Source of the DNA: Eledone cirrhosa
Taxonomy: Eukaryota
Reading direction: 5' to 3'
Assembly (NCBI GenBank): GCA_964016885.1
Contig: OZ024740.1
Location: 359,414,001 to 359,478,000 of the forward strand
Length of the DNA stretch: 64,000 nt
Positions within the stretch are counted from its first letter, which is position 1. The number at the start of each line of letters is the position of its first letter. The position numbers and the translations under genes are program-made. Of the stretch, positions 63,748 to 64,000 are shown piece after piece. The notes below the pieces were generated by a model. It was not told the DNA's origin, did no database searches, and saw only the letters and a list, made by a program, of their open reading frames with translations.

Positions 63748-64000
63748 GATATATATATATATATTCATAAAAACTCTACTACACATAGCAGTAATTTTGC
63801 CGATAGGATTGGGGTGAGTGACATCTCACGCTTGAATGGAGATGGCCAGTAGGAAGATTTCAGTAGTCAAGCACTTGATGGCGTCACGAACTATCAACCA
63901 ATCTAAGTGCCGCGCAAACAGGATGAAGGCAGATGATAAACATTCGAAGGGTCGGAGCCCAGTAGAAAGAGAATTTGCTTCGAAATCACTAGACGTATCT

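Noticed and set aside
53278-64000. Next LGR exon (TM5-TM7)
   Set aside because: I found no matching coding motif by eye; it is probably beyond the window.

Overview
This is AT-rich, microsatellite-dense eukaryotic DNA. The SINE repertoire resembles octopod cephalopods, but that is from recall and unverified. The only host-gene sequence I can support is two consecutive exons of a leucine-rich-repeat GPCR (LGR, bursicon-receptor/rickets-like), at 1233-1412 and 53152-53277 on +, joined in frame across a 51.7-kb intron. The intron and downstream DNA are filled with mobile elements: a head-to-tail array of three Tx1/L1-clade LINEs in a (GATA)n tract, at least five Penelope-like element (PLE) insertions, RTE, R4/Dong, CRE and CR1 fragments, two tRNA-derived SINE families, Helitrons and MITEs. 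Most short ORFs in the track are microsatellite artefacts. Main points of interest: (1) about nine type I hammerhead ribozyme motifs from five to six sequence families, including a retrozyme-like unit whose body is almost pure microsatellite and two core-intact ribozymes on the pre-mRNA strand; (2) microsatellite-targeted Tx1 stacking with a conserved two-hairpin 5'UTR and a splice-donor-like inter-ORF spacer; (3) three apparently independent SINE insertions at the same nucleotide of a Helitron, by a SINE whose 3' end resembles the Tx1 3' end. All calls were made by eye, and element boundaries are approximate.
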